The notes: generated from the letters alone by a model not told the origin. A DNA stretch of 64,000 nucleotides from Macrostomum lignano (GCA_002269645.1 NIVC01000491.1:62001-126000), one strand, 5' to 3'. Positions 34,855 through 48,864 are shown, counted from the first letter of the stretch. Made by a program: numbers and translations.

Positions 34855-36620
34855 CACCCAGAGAGTCCCTCATGCGCTCCCACCCTCAGAGAGTTACTCA
34901 TCCCGCCCCCGCCCCCCTCGGAGAGTTACTCATCCGTCCCCCAGAGAGTCACTCATCCGCCCCCCTTAGAGAGTCACTCATCCGCCCCCCTTAGAGAGTC
35001 ACTCATCCGCCCCCCTTAGAGAGTCACTCATCCGCCCCCACCCAGAGAGTCACTCATCCCCCTTAGAGAGTCACTCATCCGCCCCGTCCCCACTCAGAGT
35101 GTCACTCATCCCCCCTCAGAGTGTCACTCTTCCGCCCCGTCCCCACTCAGAGTGTCACTCTTCCGCCCCGTCCCCACTCAGAGTGTCACTCATCCCCCCT
35201 CAGAGTGTCACTCATCCCCCCTCAGAGTGTCACTCATCCGCCCCCCCCCCTCAGAGAGTCACTCATGCGCTCCCACCCAGAGAGTCACTCATCCGTCCCC
35301 CAGAGAGTCACTCATCCGCCCCCCTTAGAGAGTCACTCATCCGTCCCCCAGAGAGTCACTCATCCGCCCCCTTAGAGAGTCACTCATCCGCCCCCCTTAG
35401 AGAGTCACTCATCCGCCCCCTTAGAGAGTCACTCATCCGCCCCCCTTAGAGAGTCACTCATCCGCCCCCACCCAGAGAGTCACTCATCCCCCCTTAGAGA
35501 GTCACTCATCCGCCCCGTCCCCACTCAGAGTGTCACTCATCCCCCCTCAGAGTGTCACTCTTCCGCCCCGTCCCCACTCAGAGTGTCACTCTTCCGCCCC
35601 GTCCCCACTCAGAGTGTCACTCATCCCCCCTCAGAGTGTCACTCATCCCCCCTCAGAGTGTCACTCATCCGCCCCCCCCTCAGAGAGTCACTCATGCGCT
35701 CCCACCCAGAGAGTCACTCATCCGTCCCCAGAGAGTCACTCATCCGCCCCCCTTAGAGAGTCACTCATCCGTCCCCCAGAGAGTCACTCATCCGCCCCCC
35801 TTAGAGAGTCACTCATCCGCCCCCCTTAGAGAGTCACTCATCCGCCCCCCTTAGAGAGTCACTCATCCGCCCCCCTTAGAGAGTCACTCATCCGCCCCCC
35901 TTAGAGAGTCACTCATCCGCCCCACCCAGAGAGTCACTCATCCCCCCTTAGAGAGTCACTCATCCGCCCCGTCCCCACTCAGAGTGTCACTCATCCCCCT
36001 CAGAGTGTCACTCTTCCGCCCCGTCCCCACTCAGAGTGTCACTCTTCCGCCCCGTCCCCACTCAGAGTGTCACTCATCCCCCCTCAGAGTGTCACTCATC
36101 CCCCCTCAGAGTGTCACTCATCCGCCCCCCCCCCCTCAGAGAGTCACTCATGCGCTCCCACCCAGAGAGTCACTCATCCGCCCCCTTAGAGAGTCACTCA
36201 TCCGCCCCCCTTAGAGAGTCACTCATCCGCCCCCCGTCAGAGAGTCACTCATCCCCCCGTCAGAGTCACTCATCCCCCCGTCAGAGAGTCACTCATCTAC
36301 CCGTCAGAGAGTCACTCATCCCCCCGTCAGAGTCACTCATCTACCCGTCAGAGAGTCACTCATCCCCCCGTCAGAGAGTCACTCATCCCCCCCGTCAGAG
36401 TCACTCATCTACCCGTCAGAGAGTCACTCATCCCCCCGTCAGAGAGTCACTCATCCCCCCCGTCAGAGAGTCACTCATCCCCCCGTCAGAGTCACTCATC
36501 CCCCCGTCAGAGAGTCACTCATCTACCCGTCAGTGAGTCACTCATCCCCCCGTCAGAGAGTCACTCATCCCCCCGTCAGAGTCACTCATCCCCCGTCAGA
36601 GTCACTCATCCCCCGTCAGA
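34855..36620. repeat. Minisatellite AGAGAGTCACTCATCCGCCCCCCTT with ~431 bp higher-order duplication
   Basis: Near-identical ORF translations offset by 431 nt (35099/35530; 35121/35552). Confidence 0.92.
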
Positions 36621-36757
36621 GCGCTTTTCTGCTTTTCTCTCGTATCTAGGAAATTTCTTAAGCATTGACAATGAGGCAAATAAAGTAGCCGTCAATTCAA
36701 TCCACTATTTATTATTTTGCAGCTGGCAAACAATTCAAACTCGATCCAAGCCAAGCA

Positions 36758-37159
36758 ATGCCCGCCCCAGACAAAGAAGAACGGAAGCGTCAAAAAGCGG
36801 AATTAGAGGCTCGCTATCGAGCTAAACAAGAGTTAATAACTGGCGGTGCAAAGCCTAAACAGCCGCAGGCGTTCCTGCCTCCGCCTGACACTCTGTCACG
36901 TGATCTGGCTAGCGGCGTTGGCGATACAAGCCAAGAACGGCCTACTGGCATCAATCATGTTGTGCACAAAATGAAAGAGAATCCTTTAGTGCCGGGCGGT
37001 ATGCTTCTAACCGTATTCGCTCTGGGCAACGGGTTGCGTTACATGATTAAAAGGAATAGCCAAGCTCAGCAGACTATGATGCGATTGCGGGTGTTTGGTC
37101 AAGGCTTCACCATGGTGGCTTTGGTTGCTGGCACTGTGTTGCTGGCGTCTAAGAAGTGA
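36758..37159 (+). CDS. HIGD2A: HIG1-domain family mitochondrial inner-membrane protein (HIGD2A/Rcf1-like), 133 aa, single coding exon
   Basis: KMKENPLVPGGMLLTVFALGNGL...SQAQQTMMRLRVFGQGFTMVAL matches the HIG1 pattern with two hydrophobic helices. An acceptor-like ttattattttgcag ends at 36722, 35 nt upstream of the ATG. Confidence 0.88.
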   Translation: MPAPDKEERKRQKAELEARYRAKQELITGGAKPKQPQAFLPPPDTLSRDLASGVGDTSQERPTGINHVVHKMKENPLVPGGMLLTVFALGNGLRYMIKRNSQAQQTMMRLRVFGQGFTMVALVAGTVLLASKK

Positions 37160-37344
37160 TTCAGTAGTGATGTTGTAGCAATTGTTTTTTATAGTCTGTT
37201 TTCTGTGTGCGTGTGCGCGTCTTTCTACTCTGATTGTATAATCTGAATTTGGAGTTGGACACATTTTGGCGGCGTTTCATAGGGTCGCTTGTATTGAATT
37301 AGCTTGAGACTTCATAAGCTCCAAGTATCACAAGCTCGAAATAT

Positions 37345-37780
37345 CTCTCTCACCCCCCTATCTCCCTCTCACCCCTATCTCCCTCTCCCCCTATCTCCCT
37401 CTCACCCCTATCTCCCTCTCACCCCTATCTTCCTCTCACCCCTATCTCCCTCTTCTCACTCCTAGCTCCCTCTCACCCCTATCTTCTCCCTCTTCTCACT
37501 ACTAGCTGCCTCTCACCCCCTATCTCCCTCTCACCCCTATCTCCCTCTCACCCCTATCTTCCTCTCACCCCTATCTCCCTCTTCTCACTCCTAGCTCCCT
37601 CTCACCCCTATCTTCTCCCTCTTCTCACTCCTAGCTCCCTCTCACCCCTATCTTCTCCCTCTTCTCACTACTAGCTGCCTCTCACCCCCTATCTCCCTCT
37701 CACCCCCTATCTTCCTCTCACCCTAGCTCCCTCTCATCCCTGTCTCCCTCTCACCCATACGTCCCTCTCGCCCATACCTC
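37345..37780. repeat. C/T-rich minisatellite (CCCTATCTCCCTCTCAC)
   Basis: Tandem copies visible. Confidence 0.85.
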
Positions 37781-38984
37781 CCTAACCCACAGAAGTTGCA
37801 CAAGTCTGCAGACTCCGTGTTTAGAAATTACCTAAAATTCAAGATTGTTAAAAGTCCTAAAATCCCAAGAATCCTTTTTAATTATAAATTTAAAAATGCA
37901 ACCTAAATGAAATGGTATAAGCAAGCAGTATTTGGAATGACAAATTCTGTGTCCAGAGTGTTGGAGTGGTAGACAGATTAATTTAGTATCCATGTAGAAA
38001 AGTGCATTAGCAACTTTATAACAAAATAGTTCTAGAAAACAATATTCTACTGTAAATAAATAAATTAAATAGTTGCGACCTGATTACCTACTGTAAGTAG
38101 ATTAAGTTTTAGTTTTTTGAGAAAAAATACAAAAAACAACTATCTGCCGGTGAAGAACTGTTTGAATTAATTAAATTTGATACCAGCTTATATTGGTGCC
38201 GATTTTTCTTTTGTTATAGTACTATATTGTTTCTATTTCTTAGGAATCAGTGTGAAGGCGGGTTTAACGTTAAGCTTTATTTGCTAATTAATAATTACTA
38301 GGCATATTGTGTTATGCTCAGCAACCACCACTAGCAGTCTAAAAATGTCTGTTTTATGAATTATTAATAATCTAATACTATAACTCCTATGCTTTTTATT
38401 GCTTAAACTCTAGTGCAAACAAACCAAAACTGTCGCAAAAGAAATAGTTTGCTCAGCCTCCCACTATTTGCTTCTTCTTCTTCTTCTTCTGTAATTCCAA
38501 GATGATGATGGAACTGCTGTCTGGTGCGATGCTTAGCCTTATTTGCTCGGCATAACATTTCCTGGAAAAATCGATTGAACATTTTATAGGAAACAAGTGT
38601 AGGCTCTGGTTGAAGTCCGTTTGCCTCTATAATGAGACAAATCGATATTTAAAGTATGTAGGCTCAGTAGCTTTGGGATTTCTTACAGTTTCCCGATTCT
38701 TAATTAGTCTCAAATTTAAAAAAAAGAATGAAAAATGAACAGAAATTTAATCTGTATAAATTTTGTTACATTTCATTAGTGAGCTGATTATTTCATAAGG
38801 GAATGTATTGTTAGACTTGATGCTAGATTTGCTAGATGTCTACATTGCTTCCTGCGTATAGTTAACTAGATTTATTAATCTAACTATCTAATATTTAATT
38901 TCGTGTCACGCGTAAGCTAGTTTTATTATCGCTCATGCGCCCGTCATAAACACACCCTTAGAATCTTAGAATCAGTCATACTCT

Positions 38985-40140
38985 AACCTGAGAATCGGTC
39001 ATAAACATACTATGAGAATCGTTCATAAACCCAACCTGAGAATCGGTCATACACCCACCTTGATAATCGGTCATAAACATACTATGATAATGGGTCATAA
39101 ACCCAACCCGAGAATCGATCATAAACCCAACCTGAGAATCGGTCATAAACACAACCTGAGAATCGGTCATAAACACAACCTGAGAATCGGTCATAAACCC
39201 AACCTGAGAATGGGTCATACACCCACCTTGATAATCGGTCATAAACATACTATGATAATGGGTCATAAACCCAACCCGAGAATCGATCATAAACCCAACC
39301 TGAGAATCGGTCATAAACCCAACCTGAGAATCGGTCATAAACACAACCTGAGAATCGGTCATAAACACAACCTGAGAATCGGTCATAAACCCAACCTGAG
39401 AATCGGTCATAAACCCAACCTGAGAATCGGTCATAAACACAACCTGAGAATCGGTCATAAACACAACCTGAGAATCGGTCATAAACCCAACCTGAGAATG
39501 GGTCATACACCCACCTTGATAATCGGTCATAAACATACTATGATAATGGGTCATAAACCCAACCCGAGAATCGATCATAAACCCAACCTGAGAATCGGTC
39601 ATAAACCCAACCTGAGAATCGGTCATAAACACAACCTGAGAATCGGTCATAAACACAACCTGAGAATCGGTCATAAACCCAACCTGAGAATCGGTCATAA
39701 ACCCAACCTGAGAATCGGTCATAAACACAACCTGAGAATCGGTCATAAACCCAACCTGAGAATCGGTCATAAACCCAACCTGAGAATGGGTCATACACCC
39801 ACCTTGATAATCGGTCATAAACATACTATGATAATGGGTCATAAACCCAACCCGAGAATCGGTCATAAACCCAACCTGAGAATCGGTCATAAACACAACC
39901 TGAGAATCGGTCATAAACCCAACCTGAGAATCGGTCATAAACACAACCTGAGAATCGGTCATAAACACAACCTGAGAATCGGTCATAAACACAACCTGAG
40001 AATCGGTCATAAACCCAACCTGAGAATCGGTCATAAACCCAACCTGAGAATCGGTCATAAACACAACCTGAGAATCGGTCATACACCCAACCTGAGAATC
40101 GGTCATAAACCCACTTTGAGAATCGGTCATAAACCGCCTT
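38985..40140. repeat. 24 bp satellite GAGAATCGGTCATAAAC(C/A)CAACCT with 288 bp higher-order unit
   Basis: Near-identical ORFs offset by 288 nt = 12 x 24 (39250/39538). Confidence 0.95.
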
Positions 40141-40181
40141 GCTCATAACAGTATCATTATCTATTCCAGCAGTCAGCGCAG

Positions 40182-41736
40182 ATGCTACATCAGCAGCAGC
40201 AGCAACAACAGAAGCAAGTGCAGAAGCAGAAGCACCTATACAAAGTGCTAGTATTGGGCGAAGTTGCTGTCGGCAAGACTTCCATCATCACCAGATACAC
40301 TGAGGGCATATTTTCGCCCTCCTACAAGGCTACCATTGGTGTGGATTTTGCTACCAAGTCTGTGCAATGGGATGCAAATACAGATGTTACCTTGCAGCTT
40401 TGGTGAGTAGCTTTGATTTGTTTTGAAACTGTATTGATGGGCTTGCATGTTATGTGCTCAGGAGCGGAATAGGCGGAATTGCCTCATCGCTGTTTGTGGG
40501 ACGCTTTCGCTGATGGCGTTCCAATATGGGATTTAGTTCAACTGCGGCTCTTAACATACCATTCCTCATCGCGTTTACCCAAGCTTTTTACCATTCCCCT
40601 GTATCTTCTTTCACACCCCATTTCCCTTCAGCCATAATTCACCTCCATTTCCCACCTTTCCATTCCGATTTACCACCCCTCTCCCACCCAATTTACCACC
40701 TCTTTGCCACCACCATTTGCCACGTCTTTCCTACCCTCTATTTACCACCCATTTCCCATCCCCATTCACCACCCCTTTCCCACCCCCATTTACCACCTTT
40801 CCCATCCCCATTCACCACCCCTTTTCCACCCCCATTTACCACCTTTACTATCCCCATTCACCACCCCTTTCCCACCCCCATTTACCACCTTTACTATCCC
40901 CATTCACCACCTCTTTCCCATCCCCATTTACCACCTCTTTCCCACCCCATTTACCACCTCTTTCCCATCCCCATTTACCACCTCTTTCCCATCCCCATTC
41001 ACCACCTCTTTCCCATCCCCATTTACCACCTCTTTCCCACCCCATTTACCACCTCTTTCCCATCCCCATTTACCACCTCTTTCCCACCCCATTTACCACC
41101 TCTTTCCCATCCCCATTTACCACATTTACTATCCCCATTTACCACCTTTACTATCCTCATTTACCACCTTTCCCATCCCCATTTACCACCTCTTTCCGAT
41201 CCCCATTACCACCCGGTTCCCACTCCCATTTACAACCTTTCCCATCCCCATTTACAACCTCTATCCTGTCCATTCACTGGCACCCTTTGTACAATTAGAT
41301 TAATAAGCTGTCATTTATCTAATTAAAAAAACGCTGTACCATAAAACAGGGACGTCGCGGGTCACGAGAGATTCGGTCACATGAACAGAAGCTACTACAG
41401 ATACGCGTAATTTCCATTGCTCGCCAACGTAAACAATAAATAAATCAAAAAAGACATGCTTGTAATTATTTCCACTTGCCTGCCGTAGCAATAATAGTAA
41501 CAGTAATTTATAACCATACTTTGCTAGGTCTTGTCGGTATAATTTAACCGTAATTTTATAATCAATAATTGGTTCAATAATAAATATACAACTTGATTGA
41601 TAGCTAACAATATGATAAATACAAGCTAATGACAATACATTTATATATCTGTCTTAGTGTCTTAGTGTCTTAGTTTCTTAGTGTCTGTCTGTCTGTCTGT
41701 CTTAGTGTCTTAGTGTCTTAGTGTCTTAGTGTCTTG

Positions 41737-41783
<47 letters not shown>

Positions 41784-42199
41784 TAACTGCCAACTTTAAA
41801 TAATAGTTTCTCAGAAAGCTTTTTTGGGTGTACAAGGTGTATGCTTACACGTACATTAATTTTCGTTGCGTTTCGTATTCCTATTTACAGAATCGCTGCA
41901 GTTGTGGTCTTCGACCTGAGTCGTGTGGACACATTCGAAGCCGTTTCTAAGGTAAGGTCTAAGGTGTATAAGGTTCTATTTAATTTTCATCAAATTTTTG
42001 TGTGTTTGAAATATTTCCCATTAGTACTACAGCAAAGCGGAGATATTTCTCAAGATAATTAATAGTAACTTGCAGTTCCACCGCTGCTCTGTTTCCATTC
42101 GCAGTGGGTGCAGGACGTTCACGACAAAGTGATGCTGGAGGATGAGTCCCGCATACCTGTTGTACTTCTGGCTAATAAGGTGAGTGCGGGCTTTCTGTC

Positions 42200-42234
<35 letters not shown>

Positions 42235-42297
42235 TTCTGTCTGTCTGTGTGTGTGTGTGTGTCTGTCTGTCTATCTGTCTGTCTCTCTGTCTGTCTA

Positions 42298-42344
<47 letters not shown>

Positions 42345-42345
42345 G

Positions 42346-42439
<94 letters not shown>

Positions 42440-42470
42440 GTGTGTGTCTGTCTGTCTGTCTGTCTGTCTC

Positions 42471-42503
<33 letters not shown>

Positions 42504-42504
42504 G

Positions 42505-42543
<39 letters not shown>

Positions 42544-42614
42544 GTGTCTGTCTCTCTGTCTGTCTTTCTGTCTGTCTGTGTGTGTGTGTGTCTGTCTGTC
42601 TGTCTGTCTGTCTC

Positions 42615-42653
<39 letters not shown>

Positions 42654-42720
42654 GCCTGCCTGCCTGCCTGCCTGTCTGTCTGTCTGTCCTTCTGTCTTAG
42701 TGTCTGTCTTAGTGTCTGGC

Positions 42721-42773
<53 letters not shown>

Positions 42774-42800
42774 GTCTGTCTTTCTGTCTGTCTGTGTGTG

Positions 42801-42839
<39 letters not shown>

Positions 42840-43264
42840 GTGTCTGTCTGTCTGTCTGTCTGCCTGCCTGTCTGTCTGTCAATCTTATGTCTGTCTGTCT
42901 GTCTGTCAGTCTGTCTGTCTGTCAATCTTAATGTCTGTCTGTCTGTCTGCTCAGCCTGCCGTCGTTCCCACCACCCCATCAGTCGGACCTGATGCAGCAC
43001 CAGATCTCAGACGACAGTATCGAATCGCTGAGCCGTCAGCTGGGCGCTGTCTGCTGGTTCAAAGTCAGCGCCAAAGACAACACTGGCATCGATGAGGCCT
43101 TCCTAACCCTTGTCGGTCGAGTTGTGAAAATTTCCTCGGCTTCGACTAGTTTGTCTGTCGGTGCCGGCGGCAGGTCAGGCGTTGTCAGTCTTGGCGAAGC
43201 TTCCGCTGGTGGCGGTTCTATGGGATCGAGATTCTCTTCTAGCAGCATTGGTTGCTGTTTCTAA
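40182..43264 (+). CDS. Rab32/38/29-family small GTPase, 231 aa
   Basis: Exons 40182-40402, 41350-41406, 41891-41951, 42105-42179, 42983-43264 (696 nt; phases 2,2,0,0). G1 GEVAVGKT, G2 [10 protein letters not shown]3 [11 protein letters not shown]4 NKSD, G5 VSAK, C-terminal GCCF. The 57-nt exon 2 is absent from the ORF track. An in-frame acceptor at 40169 means the N-terminus could extend further. Confidence 0.92.
40600..41265. repeat. C-rich minisatellite (CCCATTTACCACCTCTTT) in Rab intron 1
   Basis: Tandem copies visible. Confidence 0.88.
42195..42950. repeat. (TGTC)n microsatellite in Rab intron 4
   Basis: Interrupted TGTC/TG/TGCC run. Confidence 0.95.
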
Positions 43265-43386
43265 GTACACAGCAATTTCTGTTTGCAACGCTCTTTGATT
43301 CTACTGGGGTGTCATTCGTTGGGATTTAGTTCTGCTTGGTTGCTTCCAAAAATTTTATCTTCCCGCTGAATATCATTTTCTGTTTA

Positions 43387-43760
43387 TAATTATCTACTTT
43401 TCTGTCTACCTGTCTACCTTTTGTTTCCATCCATAATTATCTACTTTTCTGTCTACCTGTCTGCCTTTTGATTTCCATCCATAATTATCTACTTTTCTGT
43501 CTACCTGTCTGCCTTTTTTGATGTCCATTCATATTTATCTACTTTTCTGTCTACCCGTCTACCTTTTGATTTCCATCCATAATTATCTACTTTTCTGTCT
43601 ACCTGTCGGCCTCTTTGATGTCCATTCATAATTATCTACTTTTCTGTCTACCTGTCTGCTTTTTTTGATGTCCATTCATAATTATCTACCTTTCTGTCTA
43701 CCTGTCTGCTTCGTGTTCTCTATTGATAATTACGAGTAACTACCTTTTGTCTACCTGTGT
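43387..43760. repeat. ~49 bp tandem repeat ATAATTATCTACTTTTCTGTCTACCTGTCTGCCTTTTGATTTCCATCC in the Rab 3' region
   Basis: About 7 copies, ending shortly before AATAAA at 43788. Confidence 0.88.
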
Positions 43761-44157
43761 AGAAATTATAGTTATTGTTTTTGTGCCAATAAAATATTAA
43801 ATATGAATTCTTGCAGTAGTTCAATTTAGTATTATGTCAGCTACACTTACAATCAGATGTAATTATTAATTATTTTTTTATTACAGATTAATGTACACAA
43901 AAGTTTTGTGCTGTCATTTTTTGCTTTTAACGTGCAGAAAAATACTTTTTATTTGTAATGCATTCTCTGTATTGTTTTCCTCTGTGTATGCAAGTTGCGG
44001 TTAAAATGAGTATTATTTTTATATGCTAATATTCTGTATCTTATTGAGATTTATTGTGTAATTTAATCAGACAGCTTGTTATAAATTAAAATATTGCAAT
44101 ATATTGCTAATGTAAAATAGCACTTTCAAATGAAAAAAGGTGGTAGAAAGGTTAGAA

Positions 44158-44158
44158 G

Positions 44159-44231
<73 letters not shown>

Positions 44232-44281
44232 AACTACTACTGCTACTACTACTACTACTACTACTACTACAACTACTACTG

Positions 44282-44325
<44 letters not shown>

Positions 44326-44327
44326 GC

Positions 44328-44390
<63 letters not shown>

Positions 44391-44450
44391 AACTACTACT
44401 GCTACTACTACTACTACTACTACAACTACTACTGCTACTACTACTACTGC

Positions 44451-44496
<46 letters not shown>

Positions 44497-44563
44497 GCTA
44501 CTACTACTACTGCTACTACTACTACTACTACTGCTACTACTACTACTACTACTACTACTACTG

Positions 44564-44598
<35 letters not shown>

Positions 44599-44626
44599 GC
44601 TACTACTACTACTACTACTACTACTG

Positions 44627-44664
<38 letters not shown>

Positions 44665-44692
44665 GCTACTACTACTACTACTACTACTACTG

Positions 44693-44730
<38 letters not shown>

Positions 44731-44762
44731 GCTACTACTACTACTACTACTACTGCTACTAC

Positions 44763-44837
<75 letters not shown>

Positions 44838-44841
44838 AACT
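44158..44841. repeat. (ACT)n trinucleotide tract, ~680 bp
   Basis: ACT run with GCT/ACA/AAT interruptions. Confidence 0.97.
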
Positions 44842-45787
44842 AATCCCTAGATTTAAACCCTCTATTAAAATATTCCACCCTCCCCCCCAAAATATTAAAA
44901 ATTGTTAATGTTGGTGCATTCGTTTGTCTTCATCTCTCGCTGATTTTGCGAGCCAACAAGTTTATAAAATCTGACCCTCAGTTGCCTGTCTAGTGTTATT
45001 GTTTCCCAATACTATAAAACAATTAATTCCTCAATTTTTTGGGAGCTTTAGATGATATTTTCGCTGTTAACCTGCTGCTACCAGCTTAGAATTCAATAAA
45101 AGTTTATAACAAGATCAGAGAATGTCTGGCTTCCATTGCTGTGGCTCTGATGCCTAATTTGTCATTATCTCTGTTGGTTTTTTCTGCTTCTGCAAATGCC
45201 ACTTATTCTGGTGCTACCCGATTTGGGTTAAGTGTGCGTGTGCAGGTAAAACTGTGGTGTAAACTATTTTTGCCTTCATGATACTACTTTTATAAGTAGG
45301 TGACAATTGAGTTTTCTTTAATTTTTATGAAGTTCTTTAATTTTTATGACAATTTGCTTTTCTTCTACTATAAGTAATTTTTCACAAATTGGTGCTTAAT
45401 GCGCGTGAGAAAAAAGTGACTGCGCAGTCGGCTGCGCCTTGCAGAGAGCACGATTAAAGTTCTATTTGTTTGTTTCTGCTTATTTAATGGTTTCTAAAGT
45501 TTTTTCGATGCATATCTTCAAATTAAATTTAAAGAAATTTTGACCAGTAATCATTACTCCTGACAAAAATCGTAATGGCTTTAATTTTTACTATTGTTTC
45601 TCAATGCGGTTGGCAATATAAATAAAATAAAACAGATTATGTTTGGCCTGTCTAATTTGGAAAATTTGAGTTGCTTTTGTTTATTATTTGATGCTTTTGT
45701 TGTGTACTAGCATTGGTTTTAGAATATGGAAATCTGTGTATGCATCTATCGATTCTGTGCAGTCTGGGTTATTAGTGAGAACTGTTC

Positions 45788-46155
<368 letters not shown>

Positions 46156-46768
46156 AGTGTCACTTATTTCGAATACGAGTATTGTACTGCACTCATTTGT
46201 ATCTGGTTCTCTTATTTTTAAAAGTTTAGAAATAAAGTTTCTGTACAAATCAATCAGGCTTACATGCAGTTTATGTTTATATTGATTTCTATTGCACTGA
46301 ATTTGCAGAATCCCTGCCTTCGACTTGAGTTGTGTTAACGCATTTATAAGTAAGCTATCTTTGTGTATCTTTGCACTATGCGCTACAGAGCTATAGACCA
46401 TTAGCATTACGGAACAATTGCATTAGAACAGATATTTAGAAACGAGGGTTTTAAGTTTACCCCACTGTAATTACAGTGCTTTTTATCATCATTTGTTTCT
46501 CCTTTTCATGTGCTTATCCACGCCTTGAACCCTTTGTTGATGTAGATAGAACTTGTCTTCTTTTTCCTTTTTATCCTCTTTGATCTGTAGTAGATAAAAA
46601 AGTTGATAAAAATCTCTTTGCCGAGTCAAGTCAACGGAAATGGAATCTGGGCTTTCACTAGCTTATCAAACGCAACTTTGATATGCCTCAGCTTAGCTTT
46701 TGTTCATTATTTTAGTCCCTGTTACCGAAATGACAGGTTGTTGTCTTTCAAGTTCTTTCGGTTAGATA

Positions 46769-47013
46769 CAAAGGGTGCTAGCTGGGATAGTGATCGTTTG
46801 GGCACTACTTTGGCCGTAAGTTACAATTTCATAAGTTGCCATAGATATCACCACGTGATGGGCCATAACTCAGCTAATAAAAGTGCTAGAGAAAAAAATC
46901 AACACTCAACTAGACCATTGATAGTTTTTCTTTAAACTACCTGCTGTTTTACGCAATTTAGATGCTGTTGCAGAAAGTAGTGCCCAAACGATCACTATCC
47001 CAGCTAGCACCTG
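46769..47013. mobile_element. MITE-like element with 38-bp terminal inverted repeats, probably Tc1/mariner-derived
   Basis: 46774-46811 is the exact reverse complement of 46974-47011 (GGTGCTAGCTGGGATAGTGATCGTTTGGGCACTACTTT). TA flanks both ends (46767-68, 47014-15). No coding capacity. Confidence 0.7.
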
Positions 47014-47102
47014 TATATGTGTATTTGTATGTGTATTTGTATATGCCAATCCTCATATTGCAAAAGTATTTTGTACCCTACTTGATTAGCAATTATCCCC
47101 AA

Positions 47103-47410
47103 CCCGATTAGCGGTAATCTTCAATCCGATTAGCGATAATCCCCAATCCGATTAGCGATAATCTCCAACCCGATTAGCGATAATCTCCAATCCCATTAGC
47201 GATAATCTCCAACCTGATTAGCGATAATCTCCAATCTGATTAGCGATAATCTCCAATCTGATTAGCGATAATCTCCAACCAGTTAAGCGATAATCCCCAA
47301 CCAGATTAGCGATAATCCCCAATCCGATTAGCGATAATCTCCAATGCGATTAGCGATAATCTCCAATCCGATTAGTAATAATCTCCAACCAGATAAGCGA
47401 TAATCCCAAC
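47103..47410. repeat. 22 bp minisatellite TTAGCGATAATCTCCAATCCGA
   Basis: Period 22, about 14 copies. Confidence 0.9.
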
Positions 47411-48084
47411 TAGTTTAACAATTCTTGTGCGCTGTAGGTGGGAAAATAATTATCAAGAAAGTGCACTCAATAGTCTACTTGCTCAGATCCTTGAGTCCTT
47501 GTTTGTATTAAAATTCTTCAATAATGGTGAAGTGCAATTCCACAGACATTGCAAAGGACAAACGCTGTTAGCTTAATGCATAGCAAGTTTTGTTTATATG
47601 CTCTTAGAAATTGATTGATTGCACATGAATTCATCATTCTGTGATAGAAGTACTTTGATTAGCCTAGGTTTTTTTCTAACTACGAGCGTAGTTACTATCT
47701 GAGAAACTATATGGCGTAATTAATAATTAATTTAATGTAGTAGATAATCAGCTGATAAATTTAGCTCTGAATCAGTAAAGGTGCTATTTCATTTACTCTA
47801 GGCTTATCTATATCGTAAACATTGTAATGTAAAATAGCTCCCACTAATGCTCAGTTGTTGTTCTTAACTTAGCACATTCTTCATTTTGAGTTACTGAGGG
47901 CAGAGTGGGGCCACATGGGATTGCGATCCTGCTGCTGCTGGGCACCCTCCAGCAGTCACATGGCTCTGGCCTCGGTGCATATCTTATGTTATTGTGTCCC
48001 TAGCGTATTGGCTGCTAGTGTTTATCATTGTCATGATACTCTTAGTAACTTGCAGTTCCACCACTGCTCTGCTTCCATTCGCAG

Positions 48085-48806
<722 letters not shown>

Positions 48807-48864
48807 TCGTGGCCTTTGTGTTGGGAAAATTTTCCCCAGATGTAAGAGACTATGTTAGCTCTCT

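Noticed and set aside
38976-40148. 380-aa repetitive ORFs on both strands
   Set aside because: The 24-bp unit is a multiple of 3, so it reads through automatically. There is no signal peptide or domain.
40257-40280. P-loop GEVAVGKT read as a G12V-like activating change
   Set aside because: Rabs commonly have non-Gly residues at these positions (for example GELGVGKT and GESAVGKS), so it is uninformative.
40450-40475. GCTCAGGAGCGG (AQER) as the Rab G3 exon
   Set aside because: The surrounding residues do not fit. The true G3 exon with correct phases is at 41350-41406.
44140-44850. Poly-Thr mucin-like ORF
   Set aside because: A pure (ACT)n tract with a GTG start, no signal peptide and no flanking exon evidence.
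45120-45245. Short hydrophobic frame ending in CAG|gtaaaa
   Set aside because: No recognisable homology, partner exon or clear start, so it cannot be supported.
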